Of a DNA stretch of 64,000 bases, positions 15,201 to 28,638 are shown in pieces. The translations under genes and the position numbers were made by a program. The notes under the pieces were generated by a model. The model was not told where the DNA came from. It did no database searches and was given only the letters and a program-made list of their open reading frames with translations. Position 1 is the stretch's first letter; each line of letters begins with the position of its first letter. Source of the DNA: Lingula anatina (taxonomy: Eukaryota > Animalia > Brachiopoda); the NCBI GenBank assembly GCA_051362555.1, contig CM120644.1:14592534-14656533 (forward strand), given 5' to 3'.

Positions 15201-17396
15201 AGGTCAAAGGTCAAATCCGAGGGTATATTTGAAATCTACACATATGACTTTTGGAAAGCCGTCTGTAGAAAATTTTCCCGTAACTCCTTCCGTAGGGTAG
15301 ATAATTAGCATTTAATTTTGCCATTTTTGGACAAGGGTGCATTGCAATGAGTGCCACACCCAGACCCCAATACCGACAAAGCCCAAATTTTACGTGGAAC
15401 GAGTTGAGATTATAGGTGACCTAAATCCATGAGATGGGTATGGGGGGCCTTACCGTCTAGGAGGAGAAGCGGTAACGGTAGCCGTCCGGCGGAGCCGGCG
15501 GAGCCGGCGGAACGATCCGGACGAGACCGAAACCATGTGTACCGCCAGCGCTAACGCTGGTGGTACAATAAAAAAGTGTGGCCTAAGCTGTTCACACCCA
15601 CAAATACATAAAATACTTTCTGACATAGAGCAAACTTTGCCCAAAATTTAATCCATCTATTTAAAAAAATTCTAACAAATACTTCATCATAATTCTATAA
15701 CATAATGAGAATGTAAAAGTCTATTATGCATTTTATATCTTTCATCCATTTTCTGGATTAGACATTCAACTTCACAACAACCTCAACCAGGGAAGCCATT
15801 TAGTGAATAAGTCAGAAAATATGACATGGGGCAAAGGGGGACACCTAGGTCAATGATATTTTTGACTCCCAAAAAGTCAGAAATCCACCGAGAATCGGTA
15901 AAAATGTCAACACTGCTCACCTGGTGATTCATAATGGCGCGCATGCACATGATGCACACGTGCACGTCGTCACGCGCCTCCCCCATGTTCAACTTTGATG
16001 ATGGTGCCAGGCTACGACTCCTGCGCGGACTTTTGTATTTGTTATTCTGTTGGCGTGCACTCATGGTGCGACCCGTGTTTCGCTGGAAGCTGCTGCTGAT
16101 TTCGCTGTCGTCCAGTGTGGAATTGTGCATCAGCTGTTCTCTCCTGTAATATTGCAAAAAAGTGCTTGGATCAGAAAATTTTGCTAAAATAATCTTTCTA
16201 GCCAATTCATGATCTAAGAATCTACTGAAAATACTTACATATTTAAAATTTCATTATGTATTTTCTTTTTCATGTGTAGTCTTGTGATTATGTTATAAGT
16301 TTAAACTTCTTAATTTCTACACTAACTTGAGCTGAACCTCAGAAAGCTTTTGACCACCATGGTAACTTTCCTCATTGTGTGTTTTATGTTACATTTAAAC
16401 CGATTTTTTAAGAAACATTGCCCTTAAAAGAAACTGACGCCAATGAAAACAATATCTCATTGGCATAAGTAACAACTGTTTTACACTTATCTATACCTCA
16501 TCATAAGCTGTGTATAAGACAAATAGTCCACCAGAACGTCCAGCCCTTTATTATCCTCCCCCAGGAACTCTCTCACCCATCTGAAATGGCAAAATGTAAA
16601 AGGTACTAATAGATGTAAATACATCACAAGGCACAATGGAAATGAAATGATAAAGAGGTAAATTGTTTCTAGAGCCATTAAACCGGCAAGGTGGGATCAC
16701 TCCTCTCGCCCCAGGAGGGGCACTCCGTTAGATCAAACCATCTGTTTCAATCCTCCATAAAAGGGTCTTGATCATGACCCGACCATTTTAAGTCCTCCAA
16801 AAATTTGTCTTTAAAATCTTCCTTTTACAATGATAAATTTAAAGTTCTAGGTCTTTAATTTTTAAGTTTTAATTAGGAAACTGAGATTAAAGACTGTCTA
16901 CAGATTAGGCCACAGGATTTCATGGGAACAATGAAAGGTTTTGGAAAAAGGGAGTTCTAAACATGAGAACAACTACCGTACAGTAGTGGTCTCCATCTCT
17001 GTGTAGACATTTGAGATTTTTACATCTCAAAGTATCACAGCAATTCTTTTTCTTTCTCTTCTTTTTTTCCTAAACTTATTCCTGTTACAATTTTTTTCTT
17101 TCAAATCTTTTCAATGGACTCTTTTAAAAGTTTACAAGAACAATAAAACAAAAGAAAAAAATGTGGTAATTAATATGTTGCTTTTTATAAGTATGCTATA
17201 TATGGTGATGATTGTTAAAAAAGTGCTTAACTATCAAACATAATATGTCATTGCTTAACTTCAAAGGTATGGGTTGAATTCAGTCCTGTAGAATATCAGC
17301 ACATTTCTAAATTTCTCTGACCTACAAAGTGCTCTCTGCCTGCCTCCTTTTATTTGACTTGACAGCAATGGACTGTGTGTGTGTGTGTTTCTGTGC

Positions 17397-17437
<41 letters not shown>

Positions 17438-18752
17438 TAGGTACTGAAAATGTGTGCTTGTGAAGGGGGGGGGGGGCTGGAATTGAAAGCAGCCAACACT
17501 GAACATACAGAGCTTCTGATGAAAATGACAGAAGCCATGAAATTTTAAAAACCCACAAGAAAGAACTTAACATCCACTCAAAATGTGAAAATGTCATTAT
17601 TTCATACGCTTACAAGTCAACCCGTGACCTATATAGAGATGTATAGGGGAAGTAGATTTCAAGTCAACACAAATTTGGGTGCATTCAAAACAAGCTGATC
17701 CATGTCCATGGTCTAACTAATCCCTGGATCAAATGTGGCCACTTGAAAACTTGCTGCATAATCACCTAACAGACACTGAGGAGATCCCCCATGGGGATTA
17801 CGTAGTATATTTGACCCCAGATCCGTTAGTCCTCGGATCAACTTTGGTTGTGAATGCGCCCCTTGACAACAATCCAAGGACTCTGGGGGAAGAATAATGT
17901 GGCTTGTTATGAGTCAGCAGGAATCCCATGTCTTGCTCCATGAGATTTCCGCAACACACTAGTTTTTTTTTTCTTCCTCAGCCTCGCGTGACCTTCACAT
18001 ATGCAGTTAATATTCACCCAGTGTTGTAAGAGGACTTACATTTTACTAATTTAAAAAAATCTCATTTGATAAGACTGCAATGCTTTTATAATTAGCTTAC
18101 AGAGGATGGGAAAATAGCATCAGGAAGTGTACTGGATGATATTTCTTCTTGAAATAAAGTTGAAAGATGGTAAATTCATCACAAAGGCATTATGCACTCA
18201 GTTAAAGTGTAATTTCTTTGAAGTTCCTTGTGCTCTAATGATATTCAAGAAAACCACCGAATAAAAAAAAAAACTCTTGAGAATGAATCAAGAAAAAGGC
18301 ACAGGAAGCGAAACTTCTAAATTGCAAACTTTTCCACCTGCTTAAAATATACATTTTTTTCATCTTCCTCATTTTTTTAAAATTATAATTTCTATAAATG
18401 TATTGGAAATTCTTTTATATCAATCTGTCTGTACTTCTGTCTTAATCTCTAAAGATTTATTTCAGTTACTTTCCTACAGTCATTAATTTATTATTTCATT
18501 AATTTTATTTATTTCTTTTTATTATTTCCATTTAATTATTTCATTTATTTATTTGTAAGCCCTGACGTGACTATCATGTCATCATAACAACCACTGTGTC
18601 ATCCCCGGAAGACATCAACACATGCCACTGTGTGAACTCAGGTAAACCCAGTACACAACACTACCTACCACCTGTGGGCGCATTTACAGATCAGCTATGA
18701 CACACTGACTTAGCAGTAGGCTTTGTATTTGATTTCTTATCATAAGGAGCCT

Positions 18753-18788
<36 letters not shown>

Positions 18789-21700
18789 CTTACTCTTTTC
18801 TTCTTTCCTTCATTTTAGGGATCTATTCCTGAATACCCGAATAACTGAAAAATGCTTTATACTATGTCAGGTTCTGATGATGATTGAAAATCACATTCTG
18901 GGAGTGGTTTCCCTATAGTTCTTTCTCCCGAAAATTAGTCTAAACTTTTAAATAGATCAAATTTTGGTCTTTTTCAGTTCAAGATATATCCACAGGAGTC
19001 CACTTAAATGTTCAATATTGGTAGGATAAATAATTAGCCAGGCATGTCTTTTTTTCTTATAAAAACAGGGACAATATTTCATTAAATTGTCCTGTTAATG
19101 ATTATCCTTGGGTCAAATAGAATAAAACTATAGTTTAAAAGATAAATATTTCATTTTCAGTTGACCATTTTAAATACATGATACAGTGAGCTAAAACTGA
19201 ACTATGTTAGGCTGTCACAAATGGATTGGTACTGTGTCTTAAAATGTCAGCTGTGATTTTCCTTTGTACTACCTCCCAGCTTTAGGATGGCTGAAGAACA
19301 ATCAGATGCAGAGACAGTGGACAGATGTGTTAGGTAATGAGATTTACAAAGACGCAGTCATTCCTCAATAAATTTGTACATCCCAAATTTATGTCCACAA
19401 TATACAGCCTGTGATTTAAATGGCAGTGGTTACAGTGCCTTTAACAGGGTGGAGATGCTTTATATAATTTATATATTGTGGAAAACTTCCCCAAATTCAC
19501 CAAGATAAAAATATTGGTCACTTGGCTCAATTTATTACTACTAATTAAGACAAAAAATCTTCATGACAGAGTGCATAAATTTACAAAAACAATTTTGTAC
19601 AGTCAAAAGAAAGCCGAATGACTTAATGAAGACATTGTGTACATTTATAGTCACAAGAATGAAGACAAAATATTCATTTTATGACAACAGTCAAGAAATA
19701 AAGGACAAAGGTATCATTATATAGTCAAACAAGAAACTTAGAGCGGATTCTCAATGAATTAAGCCAGGCTTTACAAAGCCGGTGTCCTAAAAATGGCGGA
19801 CGTACATGAAAGAAAAACCGCCTAATCTTTTAATAGTCTCTCTGCCTCCCCACACGTCATCCCTGCGGGGTACAGTAATTAAATCGCGTCTCCGTTCGCC
19901 ATGCGGAAGCTACCTGAGAAATATTAAGTGCGCATGCTCATCAGTTAAACTCGTGGTGAAGAAAGCATGGCGGCTGAAGGCGATCGAAGGAAAAAAGCTC
20001 TTCTGTTCTATTATCTTTGAAAACAGAGACGAAAAAGGAATAATTTGGCCTGTAGAGCAGCAATGAATCGACTATCTACGGAGATAATATCACCAGATAT
20101 ATTCACGGAAATATTAATGTTCGGAGCCGAGATTTAATTAGGCCTACTGTACCCCGCAGGGACGACGTGTGGGGAGGCGTGTGAGAGGCGGAGAGACTAT
20201 TAAAAGATTAGGCGGTTTTTCTTTCATGTACGTCCGCCATTTTTAGGTCACCGGCTTTGTAAAGCCTGGCTTAATTCGTTGAGAATGCGCTCTTATAGTG
20301 CCATTATATATCATTTCAGTTGTGAACTCATAGGGTACATTCACAATGAGACCCTCACACTACGTAGTTCGAATTAACTCTGAGGAGACTCTTGCTGAAT
20401 ACTAAATTAACTCTGAGGGGACTCTTGCTGACTACTATCAGATTAACATACCTCCTCTCGTTTTCAATAAACTCACAGAGCTTCACCAGCTTTTTTGTAT
20501 ATTCTAAATAACCCCAACAGGAGACCTGTTATGTTTTCATCTGACTGCATTAATCAACGTCCCTGCAGAGTTGGGTCGAACTACCTAGTACAATACTTTC
20601 ATTGTGAACACACCCATAAAGACAATAAAAGTATACTTACTCTATGTGATTGGTTCTTAGTGAAATCTCCAAATCTCGGAGGACCTGCGTTGAGGTGGCG
20701 TCACCAAGCATTTTACGCTTCTAAAATAAATAAAAACAGTCCAATAAATATAAAATGGTAAAAGCATATCTTAATCATCATCCATTAATAGTAACTGCTT
20801 TTGGACTGAAACTGATACTGCTATTGGAAATCATTGGAATTTTCTAAAAGAAGAAATTCATTCAGAGCATCATTCTTTATCTTGATTTGATGACATCTAA
20901 GTAATTTCATACAAAATTGTTAAAAAGAAGTAAATTCCTTTTGTTACGCTTCATTTCCTCCTCTTATTTATTGTTTAAATTTGTTTCATTAACAAAAACC
21001 AATCCTGCTGCCTTTATCATGAATGCAAACCCATTTACGCTGTATGGAAGTAATCTCTATCAAGTTTTTTTTTTTTTTTTTGATTTTCAAACTGCATTGT
21101 TCAAATTTCTTATTCAATTAACAGGTCTCTATAAAAACAACTGACACTATTTCAATATACTATCAAGTACATTCATTAGAGAATTGACAAAAAATTCTCC
21201 TGATTCATGCAAGTAACAAGTCACAGTTCTTATGTTTTCCCATTTCAGCATGCAAGTTATATGATACTAGTTCATGTTATGAAAAATGTGGGTTTTACAT
21301 GCAGGTTCAAAGCCAACTCTCCCAAAGGTTTTGTCTACATCCATATAGTTCAAACAAACTGTTAACACATAAATAAATAATGTATTTATTATAAATTAAT
21401 AAACAAATTAATTAATTAAACAAATCAACGGTGAAACTAGAGGATCAGAGAGGCGATACCGCCTCCGAATATTGTACCACCAGCTGGAGCAAGAGCATTC
21501 GTATAGACCCCCACATATACAAAATAAGGAACACAGCCACCAGTCTTGTGCTTGACAAGCTGTAAAAATGCAATCAACAAGAATTTTCAAAATATGCAAA
21601 AAATATATATATTACTAAAAATGGTACAATCAAAGTTAAGTTCATCGTAAGGTAGGTCAAAGGTCAATTCCAAGGTCACAGTAAATTGCCAGTATATGAC

Positions 21701-24700
21701 TTCCTATTCAACTTCAATAGTAACTATGGGCCTATCTCTGCCAGGTTTGGAGTTAAAAGAGAAAGAAATTAGCAGAGTTCAGTTCATGATAATAAGTAGG
21801 TCAAAGGTCAATTTCAAGGTCACACTTAGATTGCCAGTATATGACTTCCTATTCACGTTCAATAGTAACTATGGACCTATCTCTGCCAGTTTTGGAGATA
21901 AAGGGGAAGCAAAATATGCAAAGTTCAGTTCATGGTGAAAAGTAGGTCAAAGGTCAATTTTAAGGTCACTTTTAGATTGCCAGTATATGTCTTCCTATTC
22001 AACTTCAATAGAGACTATGGACCTATCTCTGCCAGTTTTGGAGATAAAAGGGAATCAAATTTTGCAAAGTTCAGTTCATGGTGAAAAGTAGGTCAAAGGT
22101 CAATTTTAAGGTCACATGTAGATTGCCAGTATATGACTTCCTATTCAACTTCAATAGAGACTATGGACCTATCTCTGCTAGTTTTGGAGATAAAAGGGAA
22201 GCAAAATTTGCAAAGTTCAGTTCATGGTGAAAAGTAGGTCAAAGGTCAATTTTAAGGTCACATTTAGATTGCCAGTATATGTCTTCCTATTCAACTTCAA
22301 TAGTAACTATGGACCTATCTCTGCCAGTTTTGGAGATATAAGGGACTAAATGTTATAATTTTGGAGTTACCATAATGTGCCATAAATTTCCTACAGAAAA
22401 AATTAATCAAAATAATGAAAAGGTCATTTTGGTCAAAATTCTTGAAATGGGAGGTGCTCTGAAGTTCCAGATGTTCAAATTTGATGAAATAATGTCATTT
22501 TTGACCACAAGTTGTCTGCTTTGCCAAGCCTTATGTTTTATTTTTCCGGAGTTCAAAATTTATTATCCATTACCGTACTGCACATTTTGCTTTCACCACC
22601 AATATGTACTTTTTGATACAGCGTAACTCGAAAACCGTATGGAATACAAAAAAACGGAGACCACCTCCAGTGTTGGGCTTTACATGCTCTACAAAATGCA
22701 AAAAAGAATGGGTGTCTGGCATTAACGGTTCCCGATTTAGAGACAGTTTTCAGTTTCGATATCTTATGGCCGCTAATTCCGTGAAAATGCACCGATTGAC
22801 CCCAAATTCACGGAGATGAAAGATGACCTGAAGGGTAACACTTTCCATTAATATTATTAGTTAAGTCTGTGTGGTGTCTGAATAAGACCGCAAATAATTT
22901 TTTTTTCAGCAAAAATTTTGTTTTTTTGAAAATTTTGGCCCATTTGACCTTGAAATAAAGGTCAAAGGTCAAATCCAAGGGCATATTTGAAATCTACACA
23001 TATGACTTTTGGAAAGCTGTCTGTAGAAATTTTTCCCATAATTCCTTCCGTAGGGGAGATAATTAGCATTTAATTTTGCCATTTTTGGACAAGGGTGCAT
23101 TGCAATGAGTGCCACACCTAGACCCCATTACCGACAAAGCCCAAATTTTACGTGGAACGAGTTGAGATTATAGGTGACCTAAATCCAAGAGATGGGTATG
23201 GAGGCCATTACCGTCTAGGAGGAGAAGCGGTAACGGTGACTTGGCGGCGGAGCCGCAGGAGCCGCAGGAGCCGGCGGAGCTGGCGGAGCCGCAGGAGCCG
23301 GCGGAACATACGGGTCGGGACTAAAACCATGTGTACCGCCAGCGCCTACGCTGGTGGTACAATAAGCTGTCATTTTTTCTAAAAATGCAAGTATCCTTGT
23401 GAGCTTGAGAGCTATATTTTATACTCATGTACAAAGAGGGGAATGTCATGTCGGACTATCATCAAAACGATCAAAATAGTTTATCAAAACCTCATAATAC
23501 AGTCACAGTAGTACAATGGAAGCTACATGTATATGGCTGTTCATTCTTAATAGGATCATCCAATGACCTTGCTACCACCAAAGGTCACCAGAGATTAAGT
23601 ATTGTAATATTTTGCAGAGTGTATATTTTTGAAGAGTGTATATTTTTTAAGAAATGAGCCACACTAGTGGTAGCTAGTAACACTGAGATTAGGGTAACAC
23701 TGAGAGTGCATTGCTGTGTCACAGATAAATATACATAAATGCATACATATAAACAGACAAGAAGAAGGACAGAAAGAGAGGGGCGTGGGAGGGGGGGGGG
23801 GGCACTTGCATTCAACGGTCACATAACAGAACAGTATACAATACAGTAACAATACAGACAAGCAAAACAGTACATAACAGGTTAAGGACAGGTAACAGTG
23901 ACGGCAATGGTACACAAAGAATGTCCATAACATATAACATTATTCTCTACATATGTTATAGAGGTATTGTACATACATTTGCAATGTTATGTGCAATATA
24001 ACAATACATAACAATACACATTACAGTTCACACAACATTACAGATACACAGAGAGTGAACATGTATATATCCTTATGTATTCAAAGCATGTATAAAACAA
24101 CGATCCACAAAATTTAAAATAAAGATGTTTATTATTTTTATCATTATCACTATAAGTTCTAATGATTCGAAGGCACTAGACAACTATTTGGCTTAAAATA
24201 AGGTTTAAAAATTATTTGAAAATTACTGCTACAGGGAATCCTATGAAAGCATATCAGTTTACATATTTTTACACAATGTACAACATCAAGTCATGTGACT
24301 GTCAGGTGACTATCATGTGACAACAGCAAAAGCTCACCTCATTGTTACAAATCCAGGCTGTCAACTAATGATGTGAAGGAAAGGATAGGTGAATTAGTGA
24401 GACTGACAACACAGCTTTTTTTTTATGAACTACATACTAGATATAGCTTATTGTATTGTAAAACCCTTCAATAGAAGAATAAGTGCGAGTGGGTGAGTGA
24501 GGAGTGTGGAAATAAACAAATAATTAAACAAACAAACAAATAAGAAAGGTTACGCTTAGCATGCACTTTTGTTTCTGCAAAAAAATCTGGTTATATAATC
24601 TGAATTCTTGAAATTAAATTTTAAAGCTGAAAAAAATCTGACAGCCAACTAAAAAATTTAACCTATATAAGCTGGGGTAGCACTAACACTCGCCAATTTA

Positions 24701-27700
24701 GCCAAATGCTAAAACTGACTTAAATTGGCTAAAGAAAAAAGGCCTGATTTGACTTGTTTTAGCCAAATTCTAACCATTTTGATAAGAAATTGACAAAAAT
24801 GTGGTGATTTGGCTAAGCAAAAAAAACTGCTAGCGCTACCCCAGATAAGTAAACTAGGACTGAGTTATAAATGGATGTAACTTAGGGGCAAATTCAGGGA
24901 TAATATCCATTTACTAATAACTACATGACCTATGGATCAAATCTTTGCTCTGTCTCATGCTCAGATTAGTGTAATTCTTCACAGATTGGCAAAAAATCCA
25001 TGCATGTTCTTTACAACAAGAGTTATTATGGCTAGCACCTTCAGGCGCAAAAAAAAAAAAAAAAAAAAAAGCATGAAAAACATTTAAACTCTACAAGTGA
25101 AGGTGGCATTCTTACACTTCAGACCTACAATTTGTTATCTATCTCTGAAATGATTAAACCAATTTTCTTTCTGACTGCTTCAGTAACTTTTGACACCAAA
25201 AATTCCCCTGGTGGTAGGATCATCTTTTATGGTTGAAGAAATACAGCTGAACACCCCTCTCTCTCCCTTTAAAAGAGAGGAAGTATTTAATTTCTTACTG
25301 TTTTTTTTTTTTTTTTTTTTTGGTGGGATAAAGAGTGTCATGGGAAATATAAGATCTATAGATGGAATGACGCACTACTCTCTCTTTCCTCCAACACCAT
25401 TTTCCTTTCACTTTATGATTTCCATTTTATTGTTCTGGGTATCATTATAATCACACTGACACACAACATACACAACTGAATCACCTAAAATTTTTGTTGT
25501 GCAGTTTTTATCTATTATTCTTTCTTCTTGATCAAAACAACAAACTGAAGTAATTGAACCTGACACGTGATTTTTTACACCACCTCAATCTTCATCCTTC
25601 ATTGAAAACAAATCTTAAAAACACCTTCAAATGTGAAGCAACCTACCTGCTTTGAACATCCAGTTCTAGTTTGTATAATTTTTCTAAACCTGTCACACAT
25701 ATCAATTTTCAAGCACTGACAAATACACAACAAGACTACTAGCACTAAGGTATCAACTTGAGAAGCAAGACGGGGTTTCGTTTTCACAAAAGAACTTTAA
25801 ATCAGCAATTGAATTAAAGCTTAATTTTTGTGAAATGGTCCCCATGTTCCAAGATGGCAAAGGAATTGCAATGTACTCTCAAGTTCCAAACAGTAAGATT
25901 AGTTTTTTTCCTGGTTTTTTTCCTCACAGACGCGTCTTCTTCCCACGGTAGGATTATTCATTTTTCCAAAAAATTTCATACAATGCAAATATTTGGACAG
26001 CAGAATTATTTGGAACTTCAGAGTAGTTAAAATTCTAGGCAACACCTACCCGTGAACTCCTGGAGGCCGAGGAAGGATCCAGATAGGTCCTCAGAATGTC
26101 CAGGTAGTATTTGGGAGGCTGTTTGGCATGGACACGCTCCTGGAAATTCATGGAAAATCAAGGTCATTGAGTGCATTCAGAACAAATCATCTGCAAATTT
26201 GGAAATTTATGAAAATCACCCTAACTGTTTGCATTCAGAACCAGTTGTTCTTGTGGACTAACAGATCAAATATGGCTGACTCACTTGAAAGCTTACTGCA
26301 TAATCCCCTAGTAGACACTGAATAGACTAATTGCAGGGAATACCTGGCAAGCTTTTAAGTGAGCCGGCCATATTTGATCTGCAGATCTGTTAATCTGAGG
26401 AATAACTTTGGTTGCAAATGCAGCCATTATTCACAAGAACACAACAACACCCTGAGTTTTACAGTTTACTGGGAATTTGAATGGCAGATAATGGAGGTCG
26501 GTTACCAGTAAACTCTGAAAGTCAGGGAGGTGAACTCAGGGGGTTAACACCTGATCAATATGTGTGATATTTCTATTATAAAGATATGATGAAAATTGTG
26601 TGTATGCCTGTGTGTATTCTACAATTACTCAAATATATGCCAGTTTTTGAAGGAGTTTACTGTGACATATATATAAGTGCACATACACACACGCACACAC
26701 ATACACACACTTGACATTTTTAAAAAACTCCTGTCCCACTGTGGATTAATGAGAAAACCCCTGCACTATGAGAAAACAAAAGAAATACAGCATCTAAGAG
26801 ACATTCAACTGATCATAACATCATTAACATATAAATTGATCAGCAATATAGCTTATTCAGATAAAAAATCATTTAAAAAGTCTTTAGCACAAAAGATAAC
26901 ACTAGCTGGTATACTATCTAATGAGCCATGAGAACAAATTATGAGAACAATCATCAGGAAAATGAGATCCATTAATCACCAGCCTGTGCCTCCGACATGT
27001 TCATTTGGTCATTAACTAGTCATCTGACAAGGCAGCATCTGGCCAGACTGGCAGATCAGATGGTCAACCTGGTCAGCTCTTTGTCCAATTTAATGCATTT
27101 ACATTAGTCATATATCAATATGATTGACTGCTGAGTGCATTATTAAAAAGTTAATGTATTAGTCCATTTTGAAAAACCATTTCCTCTTTCTTTCTTGGTA
27201 TTCAGTGGATAGTATATTGTAAATTAATATGGTCATTTAATTATTTATTTAAAAAGTATATAATTTTTAAAAAAAGACGGGGTGGGGAAGGGCAAATATT
27301 TTGTCTTTTCTTTTGACAAGACACATTGGTAGGCATCTTAACCATTAAAATTTTCAGAAAAAAGGCTTGCCCAATTTTTTGACAAAAATTAACCAAATAC
27401 TGCAGAATAACTGAGCATAAAAATTCAGGATTACAAACTACACATACTGCACCATTCAGATCCAGAGAGCCTATCAAGTTAAATACAGGAAAGAAGTCAT
27501 TAGTCTCAATGAGGAAGAACCTGGGTCACAAATTCTACAGAACCGACCTGGCAGAAAAAAAAAATACATTCACCACTAATCACACCTCCACTTTTATTAC
27601 TGCCATGTGTGTTTATCAAGTCTACACTTCACTGAAAGTTACTAACAGGGAAAGAACATAATTCAGTTTGTACCTAAAATATTTTTGGATCTTCTGGCCC

Positions 27701-28573
27701 TTCAGGACATAAAGTCTGTCAATCAGCCAAGAGCGAAAATTAAAAGTATTTAATCTAGTACTCAATAAGACATATATATACACACACACACACGTGCATA
27801 CAAAAAACATGACCAAACACTGTCTCTTTCTCTTTCTCTCCTCTCTCACACACACAAACACACACAACTCCTTAGCCTAAATACATTAAACACAACACAA
27901 CACAACACAACACACCACAACACAACGCATCAGCAGCGGCTAGTCACCTGATCACAGATAAGGTCCCATTTCTTCTCATCATCATAGCTCTTCAGAACTT
28001 TGGCTTTGTCTGGAGGCAGATCCATGGACGCCTGAGAACAGAGAAACATATATGAGATTAATGAATTATAAATATCTACCATTTGACAAATAGACATATG
28101 TTAAATTAATAAATTACAAACAACCACCATTGATCTAATGCAGAGATAAGATGGAGATTCATGTATATTATCTTTGTTTATCGCACAACAGGAAAAAGAT
28201 TAACCATATAAAATTTTCATTATTTAATATTATTATTATTATAATCATTATTACTGTTATTATTATCATTATTATTATTATTGATAGTCCTTATACCAGG
28301 TCGGCACTTAAACACCTGTGCATCCCCCCCCCCCTCCCTAGAAATGGAAATACAAAAGCAAACTTGGCATTATAAGCATATCATCACATACTGCATCACT
28401 TCTCTATCATAGCAATAACAAAACAAGTCATGAACTGAGCAATTCCCAGCATATTTCACAGGTCATTTTCCCATACGCGTACTAGTAATTAATACAGAAT
28501 GGGAGCACTTCTAAGTTCTTATGGGGTAAAATGTACACGAAGCGATGCCTATTTCCAGTGTCAGTCATATTTT

Positions 28574-28638
<65 letters not shown>

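Larger units (their letters stand above)
10602..15583. mobile_element. Non-autonomous PIF/Harbinger-type TIR element (about 1.1 kb of own sequence), interrupted in its right TIR by a Helentron-type element
   Basis: TAA TSD (10599-10601, 15584-15586). Left TIR GGCCACACTTTTTTAATTTTATGGATGACATCCT. The right TIR is split into AGGATGTCATCCATAAAA (about 11670-11687) and AAAAAAGTGTGGCC (about 15570-15583). Confidence 0.8.

Noticed and set aside
19806-20066. 86-aa ORF repeated three times (also 51114-51374 and 53278-53538)
   Set aside because: It lies inside the MITE, starts in its TIR and shows no transposase or other motif.
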